A stretch of DNA of 64,000 nt from Eledone cirrhosa (Eukaryota). The DNA lies in NCBI GenBank assembly GCA_964016885.1, contig OZ024745.1, positions 128,092,001-128,156,000 of the forward strand. The letters are read 5' to 3'. Of this stretch, positions 53,108 to 64,000 are shown in pieces. The notes under the pieces are model-generated. The model did no database searches. It worked only from the letters and a program-made list of their open reading frames with translations, and was not told the origin of the DNA. How positions within the stretch are numbered: position 1 is the stretch's first letter; every line of letters starts with the position of its first letter. Both the position numbers and the translations under genes were made by a program.

Positions 53108-53414
53108 GGTAATTGATAATGATGGTAAGTAATATAGGCCCTAATTCATGATTTTGTAATGCAATGAATTATTTCGAGGAATCAAACTCCCGAAATATGT
53201 GTGCGCGCGCATGGACATGTAGGGAAACATAGCGTTTGTTTTTACTAAATATTTATTTAACCTCGGTGTAAAAAAGTATTTATCATATGAGAGTGTTCAA
53301 TAAAATACTTAAGATAGATTAAATTAGTCAGAGCTGAGACATTGTCTACGTGAAAAATGTGAAACAGAGTTAAACGATCTAGAATACAAGATAATGAAAC
53401 AAACTATATGCATG

Positions 53415-53690
53415 AATTAGTGGTTAGACCGTTGGGCTTGCAATTGAGAGATTGTGAGTTCGATTCTAGAACTGGATGGTGCGCTGTGTCCTAGGGAAAG
53501 ACAGTTTATTTCACGTTTCTCCAGTTCACTCAGCTGTAGAAATGAGTTGCGTTGTCACTGATGCCAAGGTGTATCGGCCATTGCCTTTCCATTGGACAAC
53601 ATCGGTGGAGTTGAAAGTGTAGATAGGTATTTGGGGCGACTACTGGTCTTCCAGAAACAAACCTTGCCCTGGCTTGTGTCTCAATATAAG
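53415..53690 (+). mobile_element. tRNA-derived SINE related to 50857-51172
   Basis: TAGTGGTTAG, GAGTTCGATTC, gtgtcctagggaaagacagtttatttcac..ccagttcactcagctg..aaatgagt. Confidence 0.65.
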
Positions 53691-53994
53691 GGATTTTAAT
53701 TTAATGTATGTATGTGTGTGTCTGTGTGTGCATATGTAAGTATGTGTATGTGTTATTCATATATAAAAAAAAGAAAGCAACATGCTGTGGGAAGTAAATG
53801 ATGTTGACCTTTCTCTAACTACTAACAATGAACCAGCGAACACACTAATTGGCGGAAGGCTGAAACACAGGTGCTCAATATAAGCAATAATTCAAAACCG
53901 ATTACTCATTACAACATGCCCTGAAATGTGTCTGAAAGAAAATTGATAGAAGACAGCAAAGGCTGTATCTGTTTCTTTTTCTCTTTTTGATTTT

Positions 53995-54820
53995 ATCTGT
54001 CTTTATATATATATGTATATGTGTGTCTGTGCTTGTGTATGTTTGAGTGTGTGTGTGTGTATGTGTGTGTCTGCCTGCGGTTCTGTATGTGTGTATGTGC
54101 TTGTATGTTTGTGTGTGTGTGTGTGTGTCTCTGTCTGTGGTTCTGTATGTGTGTATGTTTGTGTGTGTGTATGTCTCTCTGTCTGCGGTTCTGTATGTGT
54201 GTATGTGCTTGTGTATGTTTGTGTGTGTGTGTGTGTCTCTCTCTGTCTGTGGTTCTGTATGTGTGTATTTGTGAGTGTGTGTGTTTCTGTATGTGTGTGT
54301 GTGTGTGTGTGTCTGGGAGTGTATGTGTGGTTCTGTAGCTGTGTGGGAGTGCGTATGTGGTTGTAGCTGTGTGTATGTACGTGTGTATGTGTGTATGTAT
54401 GTGTGTATGTCTGTTGTTGTTGTGTGTGTGTGTGTGGTTGTGTATGTATGTATGTGTTGGTTCTGTATGTGTGTGTGCTTGTGTGCTTGTGTATGTGTGT
54501 GTATGGTTATGTGTATATGTGTGTGTGAATGTATGTGCGTATGTGTGTATGTGTATGTATGTGTGTATGCGTGTGTATGTATATATGTGTATGTATGTGT
54601 GTATGTAAATATGTATGTATGTATATATGTGTGTATTTATGTATGTATGTATGCAAGTATCTATGCCCGTGTGTATGTGCACGCATCTATACATATATAT
54701 GTGTATGTGTATGTGTATGTATGTGTGTATGTGTATGTGTATGCATGTATGTATGCGTGTGTGTGTGTGTGTATATGTGTATATATGGATGTGTGTGAGT
54801 CTGTGTGTGTATGTGTATTT
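53995..54820. repeat. Degenerate (TG)n/(TATG)n tract (similar tract at 15770-16130)
   Basis: Direct reading. Confidence 0.95.
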
Positions 54821-55620
54821 ATTGGTTGGTAAGATGATTTCAATGATGAGAGTTAGTAGTAAGAATTGTTCCGCTTCAGATAAAAAAAGCAATAAGCGAG
54901 TAAAGATCTAAGACTTCAGAGGTTGGTATCTTGCGGAAAAAAAGAGCTCGTTGAAATTCTTAGAGCCGTTAAAATTTCATCAGGCCTCCGTTTAATGTAC
55001 ATCCTTAATAATAAACACATGTTTTTATCTCTGTACGCACCCCTTTTTCCCTGAGGCAAATGGGAACATGAGAGGTTTCACTGTTGACTTTTTTTGTTTT
55101 AGTTTCTTACTTTGGATTTTATTATTCATTGTTTCTTTTAAAATATATTATCATATCAAGTAATATTCTCGTTTATTGTCTCGGCAAAAGGAGCCCTACT
55201 CAAAACGTTCAATTCACCTCTCCTTACACCACATAAAATTATCATACTTTTCCTATAGTATTAACTGTTGTTTTGTTGATCCAGAACAACGCTAATTCCG
55301 TTAGACTTTGTTTCTTCCCACTTGTTATTAATTGCTTTTGTTGTTGTTGCTTTTGTTGTTGTTGCTATTAATAGTTTTGTTACTTCTGTTGTTATTATTA
55401 TTATTATTGACGAAAGTGGATGTACGTTTTTTGAAGCTCCGTGAGTAAGCAATTTTTTGAGGATTAATTGTGGAGAATTGTTTATTTTGTTGTACCGCTG
55501 AAGCATTATAAGACATTAATTTGTATCCTGTGAAGGAATAACTCATAATATTTGGGCCTTTTGGCCCAAATATTTGAACTTTATTTTGAAAAAAAATAAT
55601 AATTTTTTTCTCAAAAAAAC

Positions 55621-57483
55621 ATGGCGGAGCCACGCCCCCTAGAGGCGGGTCTGCTGTCGTGCAACGGCGACTTGAGCGTTGAGAGGAGAGGTGAGGCGAG
55701 GAGCGCCACCAGCACGAATGTGAGCAGCGACAGTGCCAGCACCAACGGGCCGAGCGGCGCGGAAGGTGGTAACAGCGACAACACCAACACCAACAAGCCG
55801 AACAGCGCAGAAGGTGGTAATAGCGAGAGCACCAACAAGGCCAACAGCACAGAAGGTAACCACGACACAGGGGAGAACAACAACAGCAATAGCAGCAGCA
55901 ACACCAACAAGAACAACAACAGTGACAACACCAACAAGAACACTTTCGCTGCTGTGGCAGCGGCTAAAAGGAGACCATGCTACAGCATCGACTTAACCAA
56001 CAGAGAGGAAAAGTTGGCCCAGGCCTGGAAAATCATAAATCAAGAGCAGACCTGGGCAAACTTAACTGTCCCGGCAGAAGCCATTGAGGCAGTGGAAAAA
56101 AGAACGGTGCATTTCAGATGCATCTCAGTAGAGACAAAGAGGGCAGCGATAATCGCCCAAGCTGACATAGAAGCCGCACTGAAATACATCAGAGAGGACA
56201 CAGACTTCATAGAGAGGGGCAGGCAATACGGCACCGTTTCGGTGCTGTTCAAGTCTGAAGCCCTCGCTGTGAAGCATTCAATGACCCCTTGCAAAACCAG
56301 CAAGGTCATAATGTACCCCTCCCACATGGGAAAACGAATAGCACGTGTGCGCATTCCCAGGATTCCACCAGGACTTGATATGTGGTGGCTCCTGGGTTGC
56401 GTAATCGTGGAAGGAACGGATACAGTCCCGGTAGAGGCAACGAGAACTGCCAGGGACGACTGGTCCGGGGTTGATCTGGAGATACTGCTCCAAATCAGAC
56501 CCGAAAACGTAAAAACAATCCCGGACCACATCCGCCTCCAAAACGGGAGGGTGTTGCATATAATGACTGAGGGCAAAAGGCCGCATTGTTTCCTTTGTGG
56601 GGAAACGACACACTTGCGAGCCTTCTGCCCTCAACTGCCGAAAAGCGCAAGGGGTCGAAAGATTCCACTGCTGGCGACGCCGGGACAAGGACCACCAGCA
56701 ACACCGTCAACAATGGAACCACCAAAATTGCACACCCAGGGGGGAAACGAGGAAAGCTCTCCCATTCCCCCTCCCCCCCAAAATACACACACGAACAAGA
56801 ACATAAACACTCACTCAGACACAAACACGCTCACAGCCACAGACCCCTCATCCTCCAGCAGTGAAGATGAGGGAAAACCAAAGTCCCCCAAAATACAAAA
56901 AACAAAACACAAAAAAAAAAGAAATCCACAAAGCACAAACACCCCCACAAAAAAAAATACACACACCACCCACACAAACATTTTCCCCACAGCATCACCA
57001 ACACAACCACCAAAATCCCCCAAACGCAAACAAGCTAAACAGACACAAGAACAAATAGACACACAAACATCAGAAACTACAGACACCCCACCCACAACAA
57101 ACGCAGACACAATAGAAACAACACTAACAAAGCTATCACCACCACAATCACACGAACAAATAAAACCCGAGCAACAAAACATTAAAAACTTCGTGCTTGC
57201 CAGAAGGGCCAACAAGGAATTGATGGCCCATGTAGCACGAAGCACAAACATCGAAAAAGACGGGGAAACATTTGAAGCGAGCACATTTCGCGTACCAGAT
57301 AATTTGCTTCTGATGCGAATGTCGCTCGCTTCATACAAAGAAATTCGAAAGAGCTTTCCTCGGGATGTGGGAACCCCGAACGTAAAACCCACGTCAAGAC
57401 TATTAAAGGGGTTCCCAAAAGAAACCCCACAAACCATGGAGGTCGAACCACCCGACCTTCACAAGACCCCGGAAGGTAAGTAA
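55621..57483 (+). CDS. LINE ORF1 (gag-like nucleic-acid-binding protein), 620 aa
   Basis: CCHC knuckle CFLCGETTHLRAFC (C-x2-C-x4-H-x4-C), Asn/Ser-rich N-terminus, TFAAVAA motif and Pro/Thr/Lys-rich C-terminal half. Lies directly upstream of ORF2. Confidence 0.88.
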   Translation: MAEPRPLEAGLLSCNGDLSVERRGEARSATSTNVSSDSASTNGPSGAEGGNSDNTNTNKPNSAEGGNSESTNKANSTEGNHDTGENNNSNSSSNTNKNNNSDNTNKNTFAAVAAAKRRPCYSIDLTNREEKLAQAWKIINQEQTWANLTVPAEAIEAVEKRTVHFRCISVETKRAAIIAQADIEAALKYIREDTDFIERGRQYGTVSVLFKSEALAVKHSMTPCKTSKVIMYPSHMGKRIARVRIPRIPPGLDMWWLLGCVIVEGTDTVPVEATRTARDDWSGVDLEILLQIRPENVKTIPDHIRLQNGRVLHIMTEGKRPHCFLCGETTHLRAFCPQLPKSARGRKIPLLATPGQGPPATPSTMEPPKLHTQGGNEESSPIPPPPQNTHTNKNINTHSDTNTLTATDPSSSSSEDEGKPKSPKIQKTKHKKKRNPQSTNTPTKKNTHTTHTNIFPTASPTQPPKSPKRKQAKQTQEQIDTQTSETTDTPPTTNADTIETTLTKLSPPQSHEQIKPEQQNIKNFVLARRANKELMAHVARSTNIEKDGETFEASTFRVPDNLLLMRMSLASYKEIRKSFPRDVGTPNVKPTSRLLKGFPKETPQTMEVEPPDLHKTPEGK

Positions 57484-57512
57484 ACCTTTCCTCTCCCATT
57501 CATCCTGCCAGC

Positions 57513-60500
57513 ATGGCCATAAGAATAGGAAGTTTAAATGTTCGTGGCCTGGGGTCGCCCTGGAAGCAAGGTCACTTGCTCAACGACCTCAGGTCACTAG
57601 GAATGGATGTAATTGCCATCAGCGAGACCAGAATTTCCGACACACGCGCACTGGCGCCGATTTTCGACGATTATCAGATCTTTGCATCTGTTAGTCGGCC
57701 GGGAATGGGAGGTGGAGTGGCTGTGCTGTTTAGGAAATGTCTGGATCTCGAGGTAAGGTCAATCTTCCGGGATCCTGACGGAAAGTTGGTGGTCCTGGAC
57801 GTGAGCAATAGCGAAGGTGGTGCCTTTAGACTGGTGGCCGTCTACGCCCCTACTGGGGCCGGTCGGCCGGACTTCTTTAGGCGCCTGGAAAACTTTCTGC
57901 TTACGTCTCGCCCTTTACTGTTAATAGGGGATTGGAATGGCATCTTAGAAGCACGCTGGGATTGTGTGGGAGTATCTGATAGGAGCGGGGGGTGCAAAAG
58001 CCTCAAGTACCTGATCAGCCAGTTTCAACCGTCTGACAGGTACCGACTAGATTTCCCTAATGCGCCAGTATGGACCTGGACCAATCGCATAGGGTCATCT
58101 AGATCGTACATAGATAGGATTTTCATTAGGAAAAGAGATAGAAATAGTGTAGGATGTCCACATTTTAAAACGGTTGCCTATTCAGATCACAAGCTTGTGA
58201 TCTGTATGGTCGACCTAGATAAGACACGTAGGTTAGGACCTAGCTACTGGAAGCTAAACATGTCGTTTCCGGCACGTAAAGCTTACAGGGACCGGGTCAA
58301 CAACTTAGTTAAGCAAAAGTTGACAGGGGGGGTTGTCAACAACAGGTGGTGGGGGGCACTCAAAAGAGAGATTAGAGCAACCTCGATAGGATTTAGCAAA
58401 GAAGTAGCAATAGAGAAAAATAGAAAGGAGGAGGGGCTGATAGCTAAGTTAGACGAGGCTATTTGTAGTGGCATTGCAACAGACGTGCTAGCGGCGAGAA
58501 TGGCACTAGACCATTTCTTCAATGCGAAACACGAAGGTTGCATTGTCAGAGCTAAGGCGCGTGCTCTGAGGAACGAGGGAACCAAAGCTGCCCGATGGGC
58601 TCGCTTTGCAGAGACGCAGCGTGGAAATAAAACCACAATTCGGTCTTTGACGGATCGAGATGGACACGAACTGAGCGATTCCAAGCAGATGTGTGAGGCC
58701 TTTCGCCAGCACTTTGCTCGATTGTTCGGGAGGATGGGTGAGTCGGAGACGGCGGCGGACTTCAGTCCCTACCTCGACGGCTTGCCACGCCTCTCGACGG
58801 CCGACGCTGAGCGCTGCGAAGAGCCGATAACATCAGCCGAAATTCAGGACGCCCTTGTCGGCTGCTCGAGTCGCAAGTCACCCGGTTTGGATGGTCTGCC
58901 CTACGAGCTTTACGTAAATATGCCAGACTTGTTCTCCGATCTCCTCGAAGCGCTCTACTGCAACTGGCAGCAGAACGGGAGCATTCCCAGTTCTGTGAGC
59001 CGTGGCGTAGTGACGCTGATAAGGAAAGACGAGAACAAGAGGGACACACTAGATAATTTCAGGCCCATAACCCTGCTCAACACAGAGTTTAAGATTTTGG
59101 CCAAGGTGTTAGCGAAAAGGTTGGCGCTTGTCGTCAAAGATTTGGTTGGGGAGGCGCAAACTTGCGCAATCCCGACCAGGTCCATACACGACAACCTCCA
59201 CCTCATGCGATACATCATAGAGAGGGTTGGGTGCAAACCTGGCTTCGGTGGGGCTCTGATCAATTTAGATCAATCGAAAGCATTCGATAGGGTCGACCAT
59301 CGGTACTTGGAGGCTGTCCTCGAGGCGGCTGGCTTCGGCCCCGTCTTCAGAAGCTGGATCGCTGCAATGTACAGCGGCATCCGCTCGGTGGTCAAAGTTA
59401 ATGGCCACCTCTCGGAACCGTTTCAGATCTCTCGATCGGTCCGTCAAGGGTGCCCTCTCTCCTCACTTCTGTACGTATTGACTCTTGAGCCTCTACTGCG
59501 GAAGCTGGAGTTGTTGCAGGGCATCCCGCTCGAACCGGGACGTAGAAAGGCTGCGTCCGCTTATGCGGACGACATCACCGTGATGGTGTCGGACACCTCG
59601 GAAATCGAGGTGATCCGCACCCATTTGGAGGAATATGAAAGGTTGACGGGAGCAAAACTTAACCCGGAAAAGTCGGTGGGCTTGCAGCTCGGCACCTGGA
59701 GAGGCAAGTCCATGCCGTCCAACAGCGTCGTTGGGCGCTGGACAGACGGACCGGTAAAGTTGCTCGGGGTTTGGTTCGGACCAGACCTCCAGGTGGATAA
59801 GAATTGGGACGAGGTGACGAGCAGGATAGCCAACCTCACCCAGAAATGGGCTGAGAGAAAGCTATCACTGAAAGGGCGGGCGGAGGTGGCGAACGCGTAC
59901 ATCGCGTCCGTCATCTACTACCGCCTGACCGTCGTGCCTTGCCCCCGTCCACGCCTCGCCAATTTGGAACGGCTCCTTTTCAAATTTTTGTGGAGGGGAC
60001 GGGTCCCGTTGGTGAGGCGGTCCATCTGCTGCCAGCACCCTCTTCGTGGAGGGCTGGGCATGCCGTGGCTAATGATGCGCAGACATGCGCTGAGGCTGCG
60101 ACATCTCCAGATATTTTGCCTAAACGGTGAACAGGTGTGGTCGCCGTTTGTTAGACGGGCCTTTCCGCAGCTCATCTCTTTGACTGAGCTGCAGTCCTGG
60201 GTCAAGAAGAGACCGAGACTGGGCGACTGGCATCTGGAATGTTGCCAGGCGCTCACTGCACTCTGCAAGGTGGGCAATGCGGTCAGTGGAACTTCCACTC
60301 AAGATTTCTATAGAGGATTAGTGGAGGGCAAGTGCGATGACGTACTAGGAGAGGCTCTGGGCGTCAACGAAGTAGAACTGACCAGTATGTTCCGGAGGAC
60401 TTTCGAGCCGGGGACGATGGATAACTTCCAGAAATCCCTCGCTTGGCAGTGCTACCGGGGGGCGCTGCCGGTTCGGGATAAACTCTACAGGCACGGAAGT

Positions 60501-60932
60501 GCTGTCAGACGAACCTGCCCGAGATGCGCGCAGAGCGACGAAACCGTTCTGCACGCACTCGTCCAGTGTCCGTGCATTGCTGACTTGTGGGGTTATGTCG
60601 AACAGCTATTGTCGCGTGTAGAACGGATCCGGCTATCGTCCGAGTCCATAGTGAAGATTGACCCGCCGCCTTCTTTTGGTCAGGAAGGGCAGGCAATTTT
60701 CCTCTGCCTGGTGGCAGTAGCGAAAGAGGTTGCATGGTGGACCAGGTTGAAAGGACTGAAGACAGACACTTTTCTCTTCGGCCAATCCCTCATCAACTTC
60801 TTCAAGTTTCACTTGGAAAGGAAGGTGAGGGTGGAGAGAGAAGTGCTGCCCCCCAGTACATTTACTGAAAGGTGGGTGAATGTGGCGAGAATGGCCCGCG
60901 TGAGTGGGCCTACTCTGATCATGCGCCTGTAG
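57513..60932 (+). CDS. LINE ORF2: APE endonuclease + reverse transcriptase + C-terminal zinc motif, 1139 aa
   Basis: APE motifs SLNVRG, ISETR, VYAP, IGDWN, YIDRIF, SDH. RT motifs KSPGLDG, FRPITLLN, LDQSKAFDRV, VRQGCPLS, YADD. L1/Tx1-type LSLKGR, GGLG and CPRC...ETVLHALVQC. Confidence 0.96.
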   Translation: MAIRIGSLNVRGLGSPWKQGHLLNDLRSLGMDVIAISETRISDTRALAPIFDDYQIFASVSRPGMGGGVAVLFRKCLDLEVRSIFRDPDGKLVVLDVSNSEGGAFRLVAVYAPTGAGRPDFFRRLENFLLTSRPLLLIGDWNGILEARWDCVGVSDRSGGCKSLKYLISQFQPSDRYRLDFPNAPVWTWTNRIGSSRSYIDRIFIRKRDRNSVGCPHFKTVAYSDHKLVICMVDLDKTRRLGPSYWKLNMSFPARKAYRDRVNNLVKQKLTGGVVNNRWWGALKREIRATSIGFSKEVAIEKNRKEEGLIAKLDEAICSGIATDVLAARMALDHFFNAKHEGCIVRAKARALRNEGTKAARWARFAETQRGNKTTIRSLTDRDGHELSDSKQMCEAFRQHFARLFGRMGESETAADFSPYLDGLPRLSTADAERCEEPITSAEIQDALVGCSSRKSPGLDGLPYELYVNMPDLFSDLLEALYCNWQQNGSIPSSVSRGVVTLIRKDENKRDTLDNFRPITLLNTEFKILAKVLAKRLALVVKDLVGEAQTCAIPTRSIHDNLHLMRYIIERVGCKPGFGGALINLDQSKAFDRVDHRYLEAVLEAAGFGPVFRSWIAAMYSGIRSVVKVNGHLSEPFQISRSVRQGCPLSSLLYVLTLEPLLRKLELLQGIPLEPGRRKAASAYADDITVMVSDTSEIEVIRTHLEEYERLTGAKLNPEKSVGLQLGTWRGKSMPSNSVVGRWTDGPVKLLGVWFGPDLQVDKNWDEVTSRIANLTQKWAERKLSLKGRAEVANAYIASVIYYRLTVVPCPRPRLANLERLLFKFLWRGRVPLVRRSICCQHPLRGGLGMPWLMMRRHALRLRHLQIFCLNGEQVWSPFVRRAFPQLISLTELQSWVKKRPRLGDWHLECCQALTALCKVGNAVSGTSTQDFYRGLVEGKCDDVLGEALGVNEVELTSMFRRTFEPGTMDNFQKSLAWQCYRGALPVRDKLYRHGSAVRRTCPRCAQSDETVLHALVQCPCIADLWGYVEQLLSRVERIRLSSESIVKIDPPPSFGQEGQAIFLCLVAVAKEVAWWTRLKGLKTDTFLFGQSLINFFKFHLERKVRVEREVLPPSTFTERWVNVARMARVSGPTLIMRL

Positions 60933-61721
60933 GCTGGTGAATTCGAGAAGGAGAGGGGTGCCCTTCCCGGGTGCCCTAGGAGCGTCGGGTGGCTCAGGAC
61001 TGGTGGGGTGCTTGAGTCAACCCTGGGTGGTGATCCCTCTTATTGGGGAACTTTCATTGTTGTATTTTTATTGTTATTTTGTTTTTTTGTTATTTATACT
61101 TACTCGATCTCTATGTAAACCCCCACTGTCCCTGTCTATTGTGTTGTCCCCTATATGTCGGCCCTTGTGGCCAATAAATGAAATCATTATTATTATTGTT
61201 GTTGTTGTTGTTATAGTTATTGTTTTTGTTTTATTTTGTTTTGTTTTGTTTTGTTTTTACCCAAGTCAGCCCTAATCCAGGAGATTCATAATAGATTCAT
61301 AATCAAATGCGTTACAGATGTGACCATTCCGTCTTTTAATCAGACACAGTGTACATACAACTGCATCATCTGATGGTTTATTTCTTATTTATAGATGGTA
61401 AGATTTGATTTGAGGGAGATTACGCTGCTATTTTCTTCCATAGGAAGTTGTATTGATTTGTAATCTGCTTCGGTCCGCTGTAGTTTTGAATAGAGTACCA
61501 GTCATATACTGGAGTCGGCTTAATCGACTTACACATGTCCAAATATTGCTGACCTTGTACCTAAATTAGAAACCAATATTATTACTAGGCGGCTGATCTC
61601 AATGCAGCTATTTTCTGGTGAGGAGGGTGACTTTGGACATCCTGCAGGACTAAAAACAATACATACATACTTACATACACACATACATGCATACATACAT
61701 ACATACATACATACATACATA

Positions 61722-62000
61722 CATGGTGGCTGCCAACTCGTTTTCGAGTACGGCCACTACTTTATATCCATGTAGGAGAACCCCTACCGATGCGCTGAAT
61801 GAGCGTGACTTTTTAGTCCAGCCAGCGACTTGAAAACTCTGGTACAAACACTACACTTGTGACAATTATTGACACATAGTGCTGGGCCCATGGTACCATG
61901 TGATGACAAGTGCAGAGAGATAAAGCAATGCCTGTGCCGTGAAGCTTTTATAGTGAGCAAAGGCACTGCACAAAGCCAGTCCCACTCTCTTAACCAAGAT
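61722..62000 (-). pseudogene. Probable RTE-like LINE 3' end with a C2H2-like motif and (ATGT)n tail
   Basis: CSVCTRVFKSLAGLKSH followed by a short UTR with a ctcg-aaaa-cgag hairpin and a microsatellite tail (61660-61722). Confidence 0.5.
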
Positions 62001-62905
62001 GATATTTACCAAAAAGAAGAACTAGTCAACATCATTGGATACCATCAGGGTTGCAGGTGTTATATCAGAGTTTTCCTTCTCCTAGAATTCTGCCTTGACA
62101 AAGGCTAAGGGGTCATCTCTCCCGGTGATTTTGTCAGTTGGTGCTACTGGTAACAAGTATCCCAGTACAATCTGTCTCGTGGTGGAGTCGTTGGCGACTA
62201 AACTGGCAACCCCACCAAGGTTTCTTGGTGAGGAGGGTGACTTTGGACATCCTGCAGGACTAAAAACAAAACCTGTAAAAGGGCAAAGGAGCTCTTAAGA
62301 GTCAATGGCCATATATATATATATATACATACATACACATACATACATACATACATGCATACATGCAAATATACGTATATACATACATACATACTTACAT
62401 ACATATGGTACATAGTCATATAAATATATGTAGATACATTCGTGTATCATACTCGTTTGTAAGGTTCATAAAATAGAGATAAGAGATATCAGAGGAATCA
62501 CAGATATATGTTAATGACCCTATCAGATTATCGTGTGGACAACCGATATGATTGTAACATGGCGTCTCTCCATTACTTCTTTGCAAACAGGCAAAACAAA
62601 ATGTCAACATTAGTCTACACTACTTACAATTTCCTTTGACAACACCTCGAAAATTATTTCTCACAATCACGCATTCGCTCACGTTTATAAACACAAATGG
62701 ACGCTACGCGCTCATTTACGTATACATAGGGTGTGCTATTGATGGTAGCGAATGTATGTATATAACGAATATATATGTACACACACGCGCAGATGCTCAC
62801 GTACAAAGACACACACACAGATACACAGATGCACTCATACATATATAATATATATATATATATATATACATATATTACATATATACATATATATATGCAT
62901 GTATG

Positions 62906-63054
<149 letters not shown>

Positions 63055-63086
63055 TATATTATATTATATTGTTATTATTATTATAT

Positions 63087-63295
63087 GGCGGTGGATTGGC
63101 AGTATCGGTAGAGAGTCGGACACCATGCTTTTCAGCATAGAGTTACGTCCCTTTGTGGTCTGAGTTCAAATCCCGCCGAGGTTAACTTTGCTTTTCATCT
63201 TTACGGGGTCGATAAAATAAAGTACCAGTAATGTACTGGGTAATTTCTGGCCTTGTGCCAAAAAATAGAAGCAATTATTATTATTATTATTATTA
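63087..63295 (+). mobile_element. Full-length tRNA-derived SINE with Nin/Deu-type core (reference copy)
   Basis: A-box-like TGGCAGTATCGG (about 63097) and B-box GAGTTCAAATCC (about 63162). Family core GCCTTTCATCCTTACGGGGTCGATAAAATAAAGTACCAG resembles the Nin/Deu SINE domain as recalled. (ATT)n tail, flanked by (TTA)n. Confidence 0.85.
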
Positions 63296-63399
63296 CTTTC
63301 AAAGTAAAGGGTGTCATGAATGATACACAATCAAACATATGTCTTGTCTCTAAAAACAGCTCAAGATAGAATTCAGAGAATAAAATCGAGCCTTAATCA

Positions 63400-63781
63400 T
63401 TATAAGAAAGAGATTGAAATATATTCATACACAGTTAAGTGTACATTAAGACATATCAACACATAGAACTAGAGACAATCTACACTGAAAGTAAGACTAC
63501 ATAATTCGTTGAGTATCTTATTAAATCTAATAAAAAATTTAAATCAAAATACCTGAAAACGATCAAATATATTTCCCTCATATGTATTCTCCACAAAATC
63601 AGAATACATTTCACCAAATAACGGCGAGATTGGATATTTATTAGATTTAAGAAGATACTCAAATAATTATGTAGTCTTACTTTCAACGTAGATTGTCTCT
63701 AGTTCTATCTAGTTCTATGTTTTTATATATCTTAGTGCACACTTATCTGTGTATGAATATATTTCAATCACTTCCTTATAA
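63400..63781. repeat. Diverged inverted repeat with arms of about 135-145 bp and a spacer of about 100 bp
   Basis: 63400-63535 is the reverse complement of 63637-63781 (for example tgaaagtaagactacataatt / aattatgtagtcttactttca). Confidence 0.8.
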
Positions 63782-63803
63782 ATATATATATAGAGAGAGA
63801 AAG

Positions 63804-63839
<36 letters not shown>

Positions 63840-64000
63840 CGGAAGAAATGTGGTAAGGAACCAGGTGGACCATAACGCACCAAAGTACTCAATACTTAGA
63901 GTAGTAGAGTGGGTAATAGGAACGAGTAGGACCCCGACGGCTGAGCTCAAGCCGTTTCGACGGCTAATTCTGGACTATATATATATATATATATATATAT

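Larger units (their letters stand above)
55603..61197 (+). mobile_element. Near full-length, apparently intact non-LTR retrotransposon (L1 group, Tx1-like)
   Basis: Two long uninterrupted ORFs 29 nt apart, visibly GC-richer than the flanks. The 3' UTR is about 260 nt, with AATAAA (61173-61178) and an (ATT)n tail. The 5' boundary is approximate and no clear TSD was found. Confidence 0.93.

Noticed and set aside
55611-60735. Antisense and alternative-frame ORFs inside the LINE
   Set aside because: Expected shadows of a GC-rich coding region, with no recognisable motifs.

Overview
AT-rich, repeat-dense animal genomic DNA. The SINE, LINE and microsatellite content points to a coleoid cephalopod (octopus-like), which is an inference. 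No host gene, rRNA, genuine tRNA gene or CRISPR array can be firmly supported, and most ORFs in the track are microsatellite artefacts. Supported content: (1) one apparently intact two-ORF Tx1/L1-clade LINE (about 55603-61197) plus older decayed relatives; (2) about 35 copies or fragments of a tRNA-headed SINE with a Nin/Deu-type core, whose 3' tail resembles the LINE 3' end; (3) decayed RTE, R4-like and mariner-like fragments; (4) at least 8 unrelated families of short elements embedded in (TA)n tracts. Group 4 is the most interesting signal. These elements carry type I hammerhead-ribozyme cores or hammerhead 3' halves, fold back into long palindromes centred on the presumed stem II, and several share a TYGAGYRCT-like motif 45-75 nt from the 3' end. 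One retains a Penelope GIY-YIG endonuclease C-terminus between inverted pseudo-LTRs. Boundaries of decayed repeats are approximate (read by eye).
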